Notes: a model not told the origin generated them from the sequence alone. 64,000 bases of DNA from an uncultured Lachnospiraceae bacterium (GCA_910579425.1 CAJTVL010000016.1:1458-65457); one strand, 5' to 3'. Positions 1 through 10,119 are shown, counted from the stretch's first letter. Numbers and translations are program-made.

Positions 1-31
1 TGACAATGTATGATGGAGGGAGGTGTGCAAA

Positions 32-277
32 ATGGCAATTGGTAGAGTCTCAAGCAGCATAGAGGCATTGGCTGTTGCAGTCAATCCTCATAAAGAAGCA
101 GTGGAGCTGGTGGAACAGCAGATAGATGAGTTGGCAGATGATCTTGCTCGAGATACCTATGAAACAACAATGAAGCCGGATGATTACGTTTATCCGAGTG
201 AGAACTATAATGATATTATGAAAGTTAGTGCTGGAGAACTTTTTTCATCATCGAACTATAACCGTCAGCCTCAATAA
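32..277 (+). CDS. hypothetical protein (AT-richer segment at window edge)
   Basis: GGAGG RBS before ATG at 32; open to TAA 277; no recognisable motif. Confidence 0.45.
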   Translation: MAIGRVSSSIEALAVAVNPHKEAVELVEQQIDELADDLARDTYETTMKPDDYVYPSENYNDIMKVSAGELFSSSNYNRQPQ

Positions 278-359
278 AAGTCTGATTGTATGTATGGTGA
301 AAGTATATATCTACGGCTTTATATCCCCAATAATCCACAGTCTGACAAGGAAGGGTAGT

Positions 360-584
360 ACTCCATCCAGTGGCAGTGCAGAGCCAGCACAGCCGGAAAA
401 TACCCATCAGGCAGCCGGGAGCGAAACGGCCCAGGGCAGCGACGGCACACCGGAAAGCCCAGGCACCGGACAGATAGGCGTGGGATGGTGGATTATTGTA
501 GTCCTCCTGTTGGCAGCAGCCATCGGCGCAGGCGTGTTCGTGGTAAGGAAGAGGAAAGGGGAAGAGGAAGAGAGCAGGCAGTAA
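360..584 (+). pseudogene. 3' remnant of a cell-wall/membrane-anchored surface protein
   Basis: Low-complexity linker, then SPGTG (LPXTG-like), a hydrophobic helix and an RKRK tail; the upstream part of the frame is AT-rich with no credible signal peptide; left boundary approximate. Confidence 0.55.
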
Positions 585-734
585 CCGGAAGGGCTGCTGT
601 TACTGTAGAGATGCAAACCGTATAGCGTAGAGATGCAAATAGGGGCGTGGCGGGAGGACCCCGCGCCCTTGGCATATCATATACTTGATAATCCGGGGGG
701 GGGTTGTGTTCTTTGCGCATCATCCTGCGGCCAC

Positions 735-1121
735 TCAGTCTTTCAGACAGCCAATTGGAACGACATATACTCCATCCTGTCTTCGATAAGCATAATCACC
801 GACCCCGATAAGCACCATCAAAAACGCCGGAGCCCTCATTTTCGTCGTGTCGATTTTATTTCCTAATTTCTTAAGATTCTCAGCGCCCTCTTCAATCAAT
901 CTGTCGCCGCCAAGTTTTATTTCTATCAAGCCATAGACTCCGTTTCGCAAATGAATCACTGCATCACATTCTAACCCTGTTTTATCCCGGAAATGGTACA
1001 CTCTTCCATTCAATACTTCAGCAAATACTCTTAAGTCACGGATACACATTGTCTCAAACAGTAACCCAAAGGTATTCAAGTCCTCAATCAAATCCTCAGG
1101 GCCCAGTCCTAATGCCGCCGA
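735..1121 (-). pseudogene. C-terminal fragment of AAA ATPase/DUF4143-type protein
   Basis: SAALGLGPEDLIEDLNTFGLLFE...YHFRDKTGLECDAV...IEIKLG is the typical C-terminal part; an in-frame TAA lies just upstream and the ATPase part is missing. Confidence 0.75.
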
Positions 1122-1213
1122 GCGCTTTATTGTGCCTTAGTTACCTGAAAGAAACTATGGGGATTTTTATACGGGCAGGCCCGTGCAGAGGAAATATGCC
1201 GCTAAAGCGAAAG

Positions 1214-1241
1214 ACGGGCAGGGAAAATCTTCCCTGCCCGA
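1214..1241 (-). terminator. intrinsic terminator hairpin after carboxylesterase
   Basis: CGGGCAGGGA-AAATCT-TCCCTGCCCG stem just downstream of the stop at 1250. Confidence 0.7.
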
Positions 1242-1249
1242 TTGTTGTT

Positions 1250-2809
1250 TTAATGCTGAATATTCGCGTCCTCTTCCGCCCTCTTTTTCAGGAAAATGGG
1301 TTCCATATACTTCTTGAAAACAGGCATCAGCTCGTGGTCAAAGTTCTCTCTTACGGTGGTTTCCCTGTTGATCATCAGCGTGCTTTCCCGATCCGGCGTG
1401 CAGGCAGGCCAGCTTGGAACCTCCGGGTTTTCGGGATTACCGTTTTTGGCAAAGGCCATCACCGAGTCAAAGATCAGCTTTTCTATGTGCTCTGAGATGT
1501 CGTCGCCCTGGGTATAGGGGGCAAACTCTATGTTGTGGAAGAAATACGGGATGTCTGCGCAGTGCCAGGGAGTCCTTCCCTCGTCCACGGCCAGATCCAG
1601 ATTAAAAAAGTAGGACCAGGTCTTGTCGTTTAAGGCGCTCCGCTTCTTAAGGTATGCGATCTCGGGATCACGGAAAATAAAATCCAGAAGCATAAGGTCT
1701 ACCGGGTTTCTCTCAGGAAAGGCCTTTTGGAACAGGCTGACAAGCTGCTCTGCCACTTCTTTGCCAAAGGCATCTTCCACCACCTTGCAGCCCTCCTCCA
1801 CGGTCATATGATTGCGGTTATAGGGGCAGGGAACAAAGGAGGTGAATTCTCCGAACACGCTTCCCACCATCAGGGGAATATGGGCGGTTTCCGGACGGAA
1901 GCCGCATACCAGGGGATCGCCCAGATAAAAGGCGTTGGGATGGGGCGTGTTGCCCACATATTCTCCCGCAGCCGCAAGGGCGGGGCTCACCTTTTTGTAG
2001 GCGTCGGCAAGCTGCTGATAGGGAACTGTTTCTAGGGCTTTTACATCGGAAATCTTAAGCTCCTCCATCAGCGCCTTCACCAGCTTCTCGCCGCTCCCAT
2101 TGCTGTCTCCCAGGGTGGAGCCGATCACGCCGCTCATAACGATGCCCTTGGCAAAAAGGCCGTCCGCGGCAGGAGTCTGCAAAAGGGTAGTCACCTTGGC
2201 GCCGCCGCCGGACTGCCCAAAGATAATCACGTTTTCAGGGTCGCCCCCAAAGCGCTCGATATTATCATGGATCCACTTAAGGGCAGCCACCAGGTCGTCG
2301 GTGCCCGCGTTGCCGGAATTGGCGTATTCCTCTCCGAAATCCGACAGGTCACAGTATCCCAGGACATTGAGCCTGTGATTCACCGATACTACCACAACCT
2401 GTCCTTCTTTACACATATTTTCCCCTTCATAGGCAATGTGCTCGATGGCGGAGCCTGCAAAAAAGCCGCCCCCGTGGAGCCATACCATGACAGGGCGCTT
2501 CTTTCCGTCAAGACCCGGCGTCCAGATATTCAGATTCTGGCAGTCCTCATTCATCACCCAATAGCGGTGGGGAACCAGAAGTTCTCCGTTTGGCCTATCC
2601 ATATCCATAAGAGGACAGACATAGCCAAAGCTTGTAGTCTCCTTCACCCCTTCCCAGGCATCTGCCGGCTCCGGCGCATGGAACCGTCTGGCTTTTGCGT
2701 AGGGAACGCCCTTAAAGATAAACATGCCGTCGTAGAAATAGCCGCGGATGCGCCCCTTGTCAGTCTCCACGATCGCGGTTTTGTCATTGTAAATAAATTT
2801 TTTCCCCAT
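1250..2809 (-). CDS. type-B carboxylesterase (para-nitrobenzyl esterase family)
   Basis: EDCQNLNIWTP, WLHGGGF oxyanion motif, GQSGG nucleophile elbow, HCADIPYFF catalytic His region. Confidence 0.92.
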   Translation of the reverse strand: MGKKFIYNDKTAIVETDKGRIRGYFYDGMFIFKGVPYAKARRFHAPEPADAWEGVKETTSFGYVCPLMDMDRPNGELLVPHRYWVMNEDCQNLNIWTPGLDGKKRPVMVWLHGGGFFAGSAIEHIAYEGENMCKEGQVVVVSVNHRLNVLGYCDLSDFGEEYANSGNAGTDDLVAALKWIHDNIERFGGDPENVIIFGQSGGGAKVTTLLQTPAADGLFAKGIVMSGVIGSTLGDSNGSGEKLVKALMEELKISDVKALETVPYQQLADAYKKVSPALAAAGEYVGNTPHPNAFYLGDPLVCGFRPETAHIPLMVGSVFGEFTSFVPCPYNRNHMTVEEGCKVVEDAFGKEVAEQLVSLFQKAFPERNPVDLMLLDFIFRDPEIAYLKKRSALNDKTWSYFFNLDLAVDEGRTPWHCADIPYFFHNIEFAPYTQGDDISEHIEKLIFDSVMAFAKNGNPENPEVPSWPACTPDRESTLMINRETTVRENFDHELMPVFKKYMEPIFLKKRAEEDANIQH

Positions 2810-3005
2810 TGAAAACCCTCCTTGGAATTAATGATGAAACGTTATATTTTTTATATAGTCAATTTTAATCTAAAGACCAGGGATTGTAAAGATTTCTGAC
2901 GGGTCAAAATTCAGGAGTTTTTTATTTGCATTTCAGGTGAAAGAAAGGCATAATGATATGCAATACAGAAATTGTTGAGATCAGCAAAGAAGGCGGGAGG
3001 TCAGG

Positions 3006-3704
3006 ATGATGTTTGAAGCGATTTATAAAGAAGCATTTCCCTTTTGGGAAAAAATTTCAGACAGAGACAGACAGTACATCTGTCAGAATTCTTCTTATGT
3101 GAAATATCCGAAAGGGAGGAATATCCATGACGGCAGTGAGTGTTCCGGAGTGATTCTCGTCTGTTCGGGGAGCCTTCGGCTTTATATCATGTCAGAGCAG
3201 GGGAAGGATATTACGCTTTACCGTCTGCACAAAGGGGACTTGTGTATGCTTTCCGCCTCCTGTGTGCTGGATGCCGTGACTTTTGATGTGTTTGTGGATG
3301 CGGAGGAGGAGAGCGGGTGCTGTGTGGTCGGCGGGCCTGCCTTTGCGGCGGTTTCTCAGCGGAATCCGGATATTAAGATATTTGCGCTGGAAACGGCGGT
3401 CAGCCGCTTTTCGGATGTCATGTGGGTGATGCAGCAAATTCTGTTTATGAGTATGGATAAGAGACTGGCGATCTTCCTTTCCGACGAAGCGGCAAGGAGC
3501 GGTTCGGATACCATTGCGCTTACTCACGAGCAGATCGCCCGGTACATGGGTTCTGCCCGTGAGGTGGTATCCAGGATGCTGAAATATTTTGCCGGCGAAG
3601 GGATTGTAGAGGTTTCTAGAGGCGGCGTCACCATCCTGGATAAGAAGCGTCTGCGCAAATTGGCGTGTACATCTGGCGGGAATGAATTTTCAAACACTCT
3701 CTAG
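3006..3704 (+). CDS. Crp/Fnr family transcriptional regulator
   Basis: cNMP-binding-like N-terminus; C-terminal LTHEQIARYMGSAREVVSRMLK HTH. Confidence 0.92.
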   Translation: MMFEAIYKEAFPFWEKISDRDRQYICQNSSYVKYPKGRNIHDGSECSGVILVCSGSLRLYIMSEQGKDITLYRLHKGDLCMLSASCVLDAVTFDVFVDAEEESGCCVVGGPAFAAVSQRNPDIKIFALETAVSRFSDVMWVMQQILFMSMDKRLAIFLSDEAARSGSDTIALTHEQIARYMGSAREVVSRMLKYFAGEGIVEVSRGGVTILDKKRLRKLACTSGGNEFSNTL

Positions 3705-4001
3705 CATGGCAAGGATTTCGGTTTTGGGCCTTGCGCCCACCGAGCGGTTTATGACGGCGCCGTTCTTGATCACAGCCAGCGTGGGGATGCTTAAGACCTT
3801 GAACTGCTGTGCCAGCTCCGGCTCTTTGTCTACGTTGATTTTGCCGATTAAGTATTGAGGATTTTCCGCTGCGATTTCCTCAACGATGGGGGATACCATG
3901 CGGCAGGGGCCGCACCAGTCGGCGTAAAAATCTAAAAGTACGGCTTTGCTGCTGTTTTTAACGGAATCGAAGTTTTCTTTGTTTACATTAAGTACGGACA
4001 T
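3690..4001 (-). CDS. trxA: thioredoxin
   Basis: DFYADWCGPC active site; start at ATG 4001 after an AAGGAAGG RBS. Confidence 0.92.
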   Translation of the reverse strand: MSVLNVNKENFDSVKNSSKAVLLDFYADWCGPCRMVSPIVEEIAAENPQYLIGKINVDKEPELAQQFKVLSIPTLAVIKNGAVINRSVGARPKTEILAMLESV

Positions 4002-4044
4002 AATAGTTACCTTCCTTTTTTCATTTTTGTGTTGCTTTTTACAA

Positions 4045-4086
4045 AGTATACAGGGAAAATATTTTTTATTCGGTGATGAAGTCACA
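4045..4086 (-). promoter_or_regulatory. trxA promoter: -10 TATACT plus Crp/Fnr-type palindrome at about -41
   Basis: Minus strand TGTGACTTCATCACC (4072-4086) centred about 29 nt upstream of TATACT (4045-4050), class II activator geometry; Crp/Fnr gene adjacent. Confidence 0.5.
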
Positions 4087-4267
4087 AATCACAGAATGTT
4101 TTCTATCCGCGGGCGATGAGTCAGGCGGATGCGTCATCCGTGTGGCGGATGCTGGAGAATCACCCCCTTTTTGGGGAATTTTGGATTGAAATGGGAGGAT
4201 AGATGGCTTATGATAACAATGATGCTGATACATCCCTTAGCGCCGGATTACAAACATCCCGGGAATA

Positions 4268-4360
4268 TAGGTTGAAAATAAGCCTGATGGCTTATTTTCA
4301 ACCAGCAATTTGTGCTGTCGCACAAAGTTCCTTCAGATTTGAGAGCCGCCTGACGGCGGA
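4268..4360 (+). repeat. structured intergenic repeat, copy A (in 5' leader)
   Basis: Perfect 15-bp stem GGTTGAAAATAAGCC/GGCTTATTTTCAACC followed by two further hairpins; similar to 46131-46218. Confidence 0.6.
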
Positions 4361-4363
4361 AGC

Positions 4364-5077
4364 ATGGAGGATAATATGAATTCTTTGTTCTCATTTTTGC
4401 ACTACATCGGAATAGACGACATTTTTGGGTTTTTGTCCCTGATTGGCCTGGCCAGTTTTCTGGTCAGGCGGTTTGTGCTGCATAAATCGCCTGTGCCCTC
4501 CGGCACTTTTGGAAAGGTATCTCCGGAACTTTTGCAGGAATGCGTCGCCCTTCTTCAAAAAAGAGAGGACGCGGATTATGAGGAATATGTGGCTCCCCCA
4601 CAGCTTTTAGACCGGCTGAGAACAAATCCCGGCAATGTAGATTATCTGAAGGAGCTTTTGTGTGACATCTGCGCCCATGTGGGGATCGACGGAGATTTCA
4701 TCAAACTGGTTCTGGAGGACGAGCCGCTTCCCGACCGGGCGGGGGAAATTTCCACGGATCTGGCGTTTACCACGATTCGTCTGGACTTAAAGCCTCACCA
4801 CACGGTGGATGCGGTGGTTGCAGTGCTGGCCCATGAAACCATGCACCTTCACCTGTATTATGAGGGAATCCGTTATAATGATACCTGGAAAAACGAGATC
4901 CTCACGGACACGGCGGCGGTCTACTGTGGTTTCGGGGAATATATTTACAGGGGATATGCGGTGATGCAGGGGGAATTTGCCCTTTCCTATCAGAAGGTGG
5001 GATATATCCGGCAGGAGGATGTGAGGTATATTCAGGAACTGATGCACAGGGACAGGCAATGCCAGAAAGCACGATAG
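4364..5077 (+). CDS. membrane-anchored HExxH metallopeptidase-like hypothetical protein
   Basis: N-terminal hydrophobic segment; AVLAHETMH plus downstream NEILTD; start could be 4376. Confidence 0.6.
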   Translation: MEDNMNSLFSFLHYIGIDDIFGFLSLIGLASFLVRRFVLHKSPVPSGTFGKVSPELLQECVALLQKREDADYEEYVAPPQLLDRLRTNPGNVDYLKELLCDICAHVGIDGDFIKLVLEDEPLPDRAGEISTDLAFTTIRLDLKPHHTVDAVVAVLAHETMHLHLYYEGIRYNDTWKNEILTDTAAVYCGFGEYIYRGYAVMQGEFALSYQKVGYIRQEDVRYIQELMHRDRQCQKAR

Positions 5078-5163
5078 AAAGTGTGCGGCAGGGCGCGCAG
5101 AGTGGAGGACATTGACAGGGTTTCCGGCAAAAGAAGCAGGGCTGCCGCAGAAAGGGAGGAAAA

Positions 5164-7437
5164 ATGGACGCGAAAACATATGGGATTGACGTAAAAAGGG
5201 GGGTGGTAAACAGAGGAAACTTATACCGAATTTCCCGGGCAATGCAAAGGGCGATGGAGGGGCAGCCGATTACGGTGGGGTTTCTGGGAGGCTCTATCAC
5301 CCAGGGATGCCTTTCCTCCACGCCTGAAACCTGCTATGCCTATCTGGTTTACAGGTGGTGGCGTGAGCGCTTTCCCGGCTCTGAGGTGACTTATCTCAAT
5401 GCAGGGATCGGGGGGACTTCTTCCCAGTTTGGCGTGGCAAGGGTGGAGGAGGATTTGCTTTCCCATAATCCGGATGTGGTCATTGTGGAATTCAGCGTCA
5501 ATGATGAGGACAACGCCCATTTCCTGGAGACCTACGAGGGCCTGATCCGAAAAATTTATGGAAGCAAAACACGCCCCGGGGTGCTGATCGTAAACAGTGT
5601 GAAATATGATGACGGTGTGAATGCCCAGGCCCGGCATGTGGAGGTGGGACGGGCCTATCAGATTCCCTGTGTGAGCATGAAGCCTACCCTGTATGAAAGG
5701 ATGAGGGAGGGGGCTTTTACGAGCCGCAGAATTACGGAGGATGATCTTCACCCCAATGATTTGGGCCACAGCCTGATGGCGGAGGTGATCACAGACTTTC
5801 TGGAGGAAATCCGCCGGGACGTGGCAGCCGACAATACGGTTTTTGAAGAGGCAGATATTGACATCGGAAGGATACCTCCGCTTTCGGAGAATGCATATGA
5901 AAATTCCCTGCGCTTCCGGAACGGAAACTGTCGGGAAATCCTGCGGGAAAACAAAGGATTTACCCCGGATCAAAGGCCCCAAAAGGACATCCGGGAGATT
6001 TTCCGGCATGGCTGGACGGCGGAGGAAAAAGGGGCCCGGATGGTTTTTGAGGTGGAGGGAACCTGCATCGGCCTGCAGTATCGCAAATCCGTGGAAGGGC
6101 CTGCGCCTGTGGCAAGGGCTGTGATCGACGGCAGGCAGGAGAGCGCCGTTATTCTGGACGGAAATTTCGAACAGACCTGGGGGGACTGCCTTTATCTGGA
6201 AACTCTGGCGGAGCATCTTCCCTATGGAAAGCATACGGTGGAAATCGAATTGATCAAGGCAGCGGAGGGAAATAAAGTCCCCTTTTATCTTGTGTCCCTG
6301 ATCGCCTCCGGAGCAGCGCAGGGGCTCAGGGAGATACCGGTGGGGGAAATTCCCGAACTGAAGGTACACGGAAGAACCACACCCTGCCGGGAGCCGCTGA
6401 TCCTGTTCTGGACGGCAAGCGGATTTGAATGCAACCTTTCGGGGACGGAGCTTTCAGTCTTGGTGGAGGTGACCTACGATACCTTTGAGCCATGGTTTAG
6501 CTACACTGTAAACGGGGATTGGGTTGGCAGACAGATGCTGACACGGGGAAAGTATTGGGTGCCTCTTTTCAGGGGGATGAGCGGGGACAAAATAAAGAAT
6601 GTGCGCTTTTTCAAGGATCTGCAGGCCATGAGCGACGACGGGGCGTCCTATATCCGCATCCATGCCCTGCGCTGCGACGGCCGCTTCTATCCGGTTAAGG
6701 AAAAGTCCATGAAGCTGGAGTTTATCGGGGACAGCATTACCTCGGGGGAAGGGCTGTTCGGGGCAAAGCAGGAGGAGGACTGGATTCCCATGTTTTTTTC
6801 CGCGCTGAAAAGCTACGCCTATCTCACCGCGCAGAAACTGGATGCCGAATACCGCGTCTTTTCCCAGAGCGGGTGGGGGATATGCAGCGGATGGGACAAC
6901 AACGTGAACAACGCCATCCCCAGACACTACCGGCAGATTTGCAGCCTGATGCCGGGCAGCAGAAACGAAAGCTATGGCGGCAGCCAGCCTCATGATTTTG
7001 GCACATGGCAGCCGGATTTCGTGATTGTCAATCTGGGAACCAACGATGCCAGCGCCTTTGAGCAGCCGGCATGGGTGGACGGGGAAACGGGAACTTCCCA
7101 CAAAATGCATAAAAATCCGGACGGCTCCTATAATAAAGAAGATATAGGAAAGCTTCAAAAGGCGGTGAGGGATTTCCTGTATACCCTGCGGGAATGTAAC
7201 CCGGGGGCAGGAATTATCTGGTGCTATGGGATGCTGGGCGCGCCCCTTCAGTTAGAAATCTGCGAGGCGATTTTTCAGTATGCAGCAGAGACAGACGATC
7301 ATAGGGTTTCCTATTTGCAGTTACCTGCTGCCAATGACAGAACCATCGGGGCAAGGGAGCATCCCGGCTTTCTGTGCCATAGGCAGACGGCGGAGATACT
7401 TGCGCAGTACATTGAGCAGTTAAGGGACGGAAAGTAA
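5164..7437 (+). CDS. tandem SGNH/GDSL esterase (second module CE2-like)
   Basis: Two SGNH catalytic sets: FLGGSIT...EFSVND...DDLHP and FIGDSIT...NLGTND...EHP. Confidence 0.85.
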   Translation: MDAKTYGIDVKRGVVNRGNLYRISRAMQRAMEGQPITVGFLGGSITQGCLSSTPETCYAYLVYRWWRERFPGSEVTYLNAGIGGTSSQFGVARVEEDLLSHNPDVVIVEFSVNDEDNAHFLETYEGLIRKIYGSKTRPGVLIVNSVKYDDGVNAQARHVEVGRAYQIPCVSMKPTLYERMREGAFTSRRITEDDLHPNDLGHSLMAEVITDFLEEIRRDVAADNTVFEEADIDIGRIPPLSENAYENSLRFRNGNCREILRENKGFTPDQRPQKDIREIFRHGWTAEEKGARMVFEVEGTCIGLQYRKSVEGPAPVARAVIDGRQESAVILDGNFEQTWGDCLYLETLAEHLPYGKHTVEIELIKAAEGNKVPFYLVSLIASGAAQGLREIPVGEIPELKVHGRTTPCREPLILFWTASGFECNLSGTELSVLVEVTYDTFEPWFSYTVNGDWVGRQMLTRGKYWVPLFRGMSGDKIKNVRFFKDLQAMSDDGASYIRIHALRCDGRFYPVKEKSMKLEFIGDSITSGEGLFGAKQEEDWIPMFFSALKSYAYLTAQKLDAEYRVFSQSGWGICSGWDNNVNNAIPRHYRQICSLMPGSRNESYGGSQPHDFGTWQPDFVIVNLGTNDASAFEQPAWVDGETGTSHKMHKNPDGSYNKEDIGKLQKAVRDFLYTLRECNPGAGIIWCYGMLGAPLQLEICEAIFQYAAETDDHRVSYLQLPAANDRTIGAREHPGFLCHRQTAEILAQYIEQLRDGK

Positions 7438-7501
7438 ACTTACAGACTACTGATTGGAGGCAGTACCACAGGCACAGCCTGCGGTATGCAGGAGGATAAA
7501 A

Positions 7502-8050
7502 ATGAGAATAGGAATGGGATATGACGTACACAAATTAACACAGGGACGAAAGCTGATCATGGGCGGGGTGGAGATCCCCTATGAAAAAGGACTTTTGGGT
7601 CACTCGGACGCGGACGTTCTTCTGCATGCCATTATGGATGCCCTTCTGGGGGCGGCGGCCCTTGGGGATATCGGAAAGCATTTCCCGGACACGGATCCGG
7701 CTTATAAGGGGATTTCATCCGTGAAGCTTTTGGAGCATGTGGGGGCTTTGCTGGAAGAAAATCTTTTTCTGATCGAAAATATCGACGCAACCATCATCGC
7801 CCAGGCGCCCAAAATGCGCCCTCATATCGACGCCATGAGAGAGAACATTGCGCAGGCTCTTGGTATTACCGCAGAGCAGGTAAATGTAAAGGCTACCACC
7901 GAGGAGGGGCTTGGCTTTACCGGGACGGGAGAGGGGATTTCCGCCCAGGCAGTCTGCCTGCTCACAAGCCCGGTAAGCCTTGGGAGCGAGGATGTGACGC
8001 CCCGGGGGTGCAGCGGATGTGAGGGGTGCCCTGTGAGTGAACAGTACTAG
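7502..8050 (+). CDS. ispF: 2-C-methyl-D-erythritol 2,4-cyclodiphosphate synthase
   Basis: [48 protein letters not shown]. Confidence 0.97.
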   Translation: MRIGMGYDVHKLTQGRKLIMGGVEIPYEKGLLGHSDADVLLHAIMDALLGAAALGDIGKHFPDTDPAYKGISSVKLLEHVGALLEENLFLIENIDATIIAQAPKMRPHIDAMRENIAQALGITAEQVNVKATTEEGLGFTGTGEGISAQAVCLLTSPVSLGSEDVTPRGCSGCEGCPVSEQY

Positions 8051-8135
8051 CTGTTAAGGGGATGGGGTTAAAATGAAAACGCTGAAAAGAAATATGCGGC
8101 ACAAATGGAAAATGCAAAAAAAGGAGTGGCAGATT

Positions 8136-8714
8136 ATGAGAAAGGCAGTTTTATTATTTTTATCGGTAATGATGGTCTCTGTTTTGTCCGGCTGCGGCGG
8201 GCAGAAGGATTCCCAGGCGGAGCAGGGTGGCGGGGAATCCCGATATGCAGAGGCTTTGGATGTGCTTAACGAGGTGATAAAGGTCTACGGCGAGGACGAG
8301 TTGTTTTCCATGTATGGCGGCGACCAGGAAAATGCGGTGATGGATGGGCCGGGAAAGTTTGACATCGCCAAAACGGAGGAACTGGAAAGCGTATATGGGC
8401 TTGCGGCGGATCAGAGCTCCAATATTGAAGATGCCGCCACCATGGTACATTTAATGAATGCCAATACCTTTACAGGAGCTGTTTACCGCATAAAGGAAGG
8501 GGTGGATATGAATGCCTTTGCGGATGCATTAAAGTCCTGCATTCTGGCAAGGCAGTGGATCTGCGGTCAGCCTGATACGCTGGTGCTCATCAATGTGGAC
8601 GGCAGGTATATCATAACCGCTTTTGGGGAGGCTGGGATAATAGAGAATTTCAAAACAAATGCATTGTCTGCGTTCAGTGGCGCCCAGGTGATCACAGAAG
8701 CGCCTGTCGCGTGA
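8136..8714 (+). CDS. lipoprotein associated with MBOAT/DHHW locus (DUF4358-like)
   Basis: Lipobox LSGC after signal peptide; position in front of the MBOAT-DHHW pair. Confidence 0.7.
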   Translation: MRKAVLLFLSVMMVSVLSGCGGQKDSQAEQGGGESRYAEALDVLNEVIKVYGEDELFSMYGGDQENAVMDGPGKFDIAKTEELESVYGLAADQSSNIEDAATMVHLMNANTFTGAVYRIKEGVDMNAFADALKSCILARQWICGQPDTLVLINVDGRYIITAFGEAGIIENFKTNALSAFSGAQVITEAPVA

Positions 8715-8721
8715 GGCCCTT

Positions 8722-10119
8722 ATGCTGTTTTCAAGTATTTCTTTTTTGTACTATTTTCTGCCTCTGACAGTCGGATTGTATTTTGCGGCTCCGGGGAGAT
8801 TTAAAAATACGGTTCTCCTTCTTGCAAGCCTGGTGTTTTACGGGTGGGGAGAACCGAAATATGTGATACTGATGGGGCTTTCCGTTTTGCTGGGGTACGG
8901 ATTTGGGCTGCTGGTGGAAAAATACAGGCAAAAAAGTGCAGGAAGGATCCTCTGCGTGGCTTCCGTGGGGGTAAGCCTCTCTTTTTTGCTGTATTTTAAA
9001 TATGCGGATTTTTTTATTGAGAATTTTAATGCGGTGACAGGGATGGGGATTTTGCCTCTTCGTCTGGCCCTGCCCATTGGCATCAGTTTCTATACGTTCC
9101 AGATCATCAGTTACACGGTGGATGTGTACCGGGGAGAGGCGGCGCAGAGAAAGCTGATCTCTCTGGCAGTTTATATTACCATGTTCCCCCAACTGATCGC
9201 AGGGCCCATTGTGCGCTATCATGATATTGCAAAGCAGTTGGAGGGGAGAGGGCATTCCCTGAGCGGGGCGGCCTGTGGGATACGCAGGTTTGTGATCGGT
9301 CTGGCAAAAAAGATTCTGATCGCCAATCAATTGGGAGAGCTGTGCGGCGCATTCCGTACCTCAGGGGAAAAGTCAGTGTTGTTTTACTGGATGTATGCCG
9401 TTTCCTTTGCCCTGCATATTTACTTTGACTTTTCAGGATACAGTGATATGGCCATCGGGCTGGGCAGAATGTTTGGGTTCTCCTTTCCGGAAAATTTCAA
9501 TTACCCTTATATTTCTGCCAGCATTACGGAGTTTTGGCGCAGGTGGCACATTTCCCTGGGAAGCTGGTTCCGGGATTATGTCTACATCCCTATGGGAGGG
9601 AACCGTAAAGGCGTCGGGAGGCAGCTTATCAATATTTTGGTGGTGTGGATGCTCACCGGTTTCTGGCATGGGGCGGCCTGGAATTTTCTTTTGTGGGGGC
9701 TGCTTTTCGCAGCTCTATTGACGTTGGAAAAGCTGTGGCTGCTAAAAAAACTGGAAAAGAGCCGTTTTTTTTCTCATATTTATACCTTATTTTTTGTTGT
9801 GATAAGTTTTGTAATCTTCAATGCGGAGAATCTGGAGCAGGCATTTTCTGATATTGCAGGTCTTTTCGGGGCAGGGGGGATTCCGCTTGCCTGCGCCGAA
9901 GCGGTATATTACCTGAAAAGCTTCGGGGTCCTCCTCTTGGCAGGCGGAATCGGGGCGACGCCGGCGCTCAGAGGTCTGGTAAGTAAAATTTCCGAAAATC
10001 CGGCAGGCAGCAGGGTGCTGAATCTGATTGAGCCTGCAGTGCTTGCCCTGCTGTTTGTGGTCATGACGGCCTATCTGGCGGACGGGTCTTTTAACCCGTT
10101 TTTGTATTTTCGGTTTTGA
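8722..10119 (+). CDS. MBOAT O-acyltransferase (AlgI/DltB family)
   Basis: LPIGISFYTFQ, DFSGYSDMAIG, FWRRWHISL, GFWHGA. Confidence 0.95.
   Translation: MLFSSISFLYYFLPLTVGLYFAAPGRFKNTVLLLASLVFYGWGEPKYVILMGLSVLLGYGFGLLVEKYRQKSAGRILCVASVGVSLSFLLYFKYADFFIENFNAVTGMGILPLRLALPIGISFYTFQIISYTVDVYRGEAAQRKLISLAVYITMFPQLIAGPIVRYHDIAKQLEGRGHSLSGAACGIRRFVIGLAKKILIANQLGELCGAFRTSGEKSVLFYWMYAVSFALHIYFDFSGYSDMAIGLGRMFGFSFPENFNYPYISASITEFWRRWHISLGSWFRDYVYIPMGGNRKGVGRQLINILVVWMLTGFWHGAAWNFLLWGLLFAALLTLEKLWLLKKLEKSRFFSHIYTLFFVVISFVIFNAENLEQAFSDIAGLFGAGGIPLACAEAVYYLKSFGVLLLAGGIGATPALRGLVSKISENPAGSRVLNLIEPAVLALLFVVMTAYLADGSFNPFLYFRF

Noticed and set aside
703..713. poly-G tract as phase-variation switch
   Set aside because: Lies between convergent gene remnants, not in a coding region or evident promoter
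5221..6369. long antisense ORFs (also 34159-35427, 46293-47495, 23387-24142, 16446-17291 and similar)
   Set aside because: Shadow frames opposite well-supported genes, with no motifs or RBS
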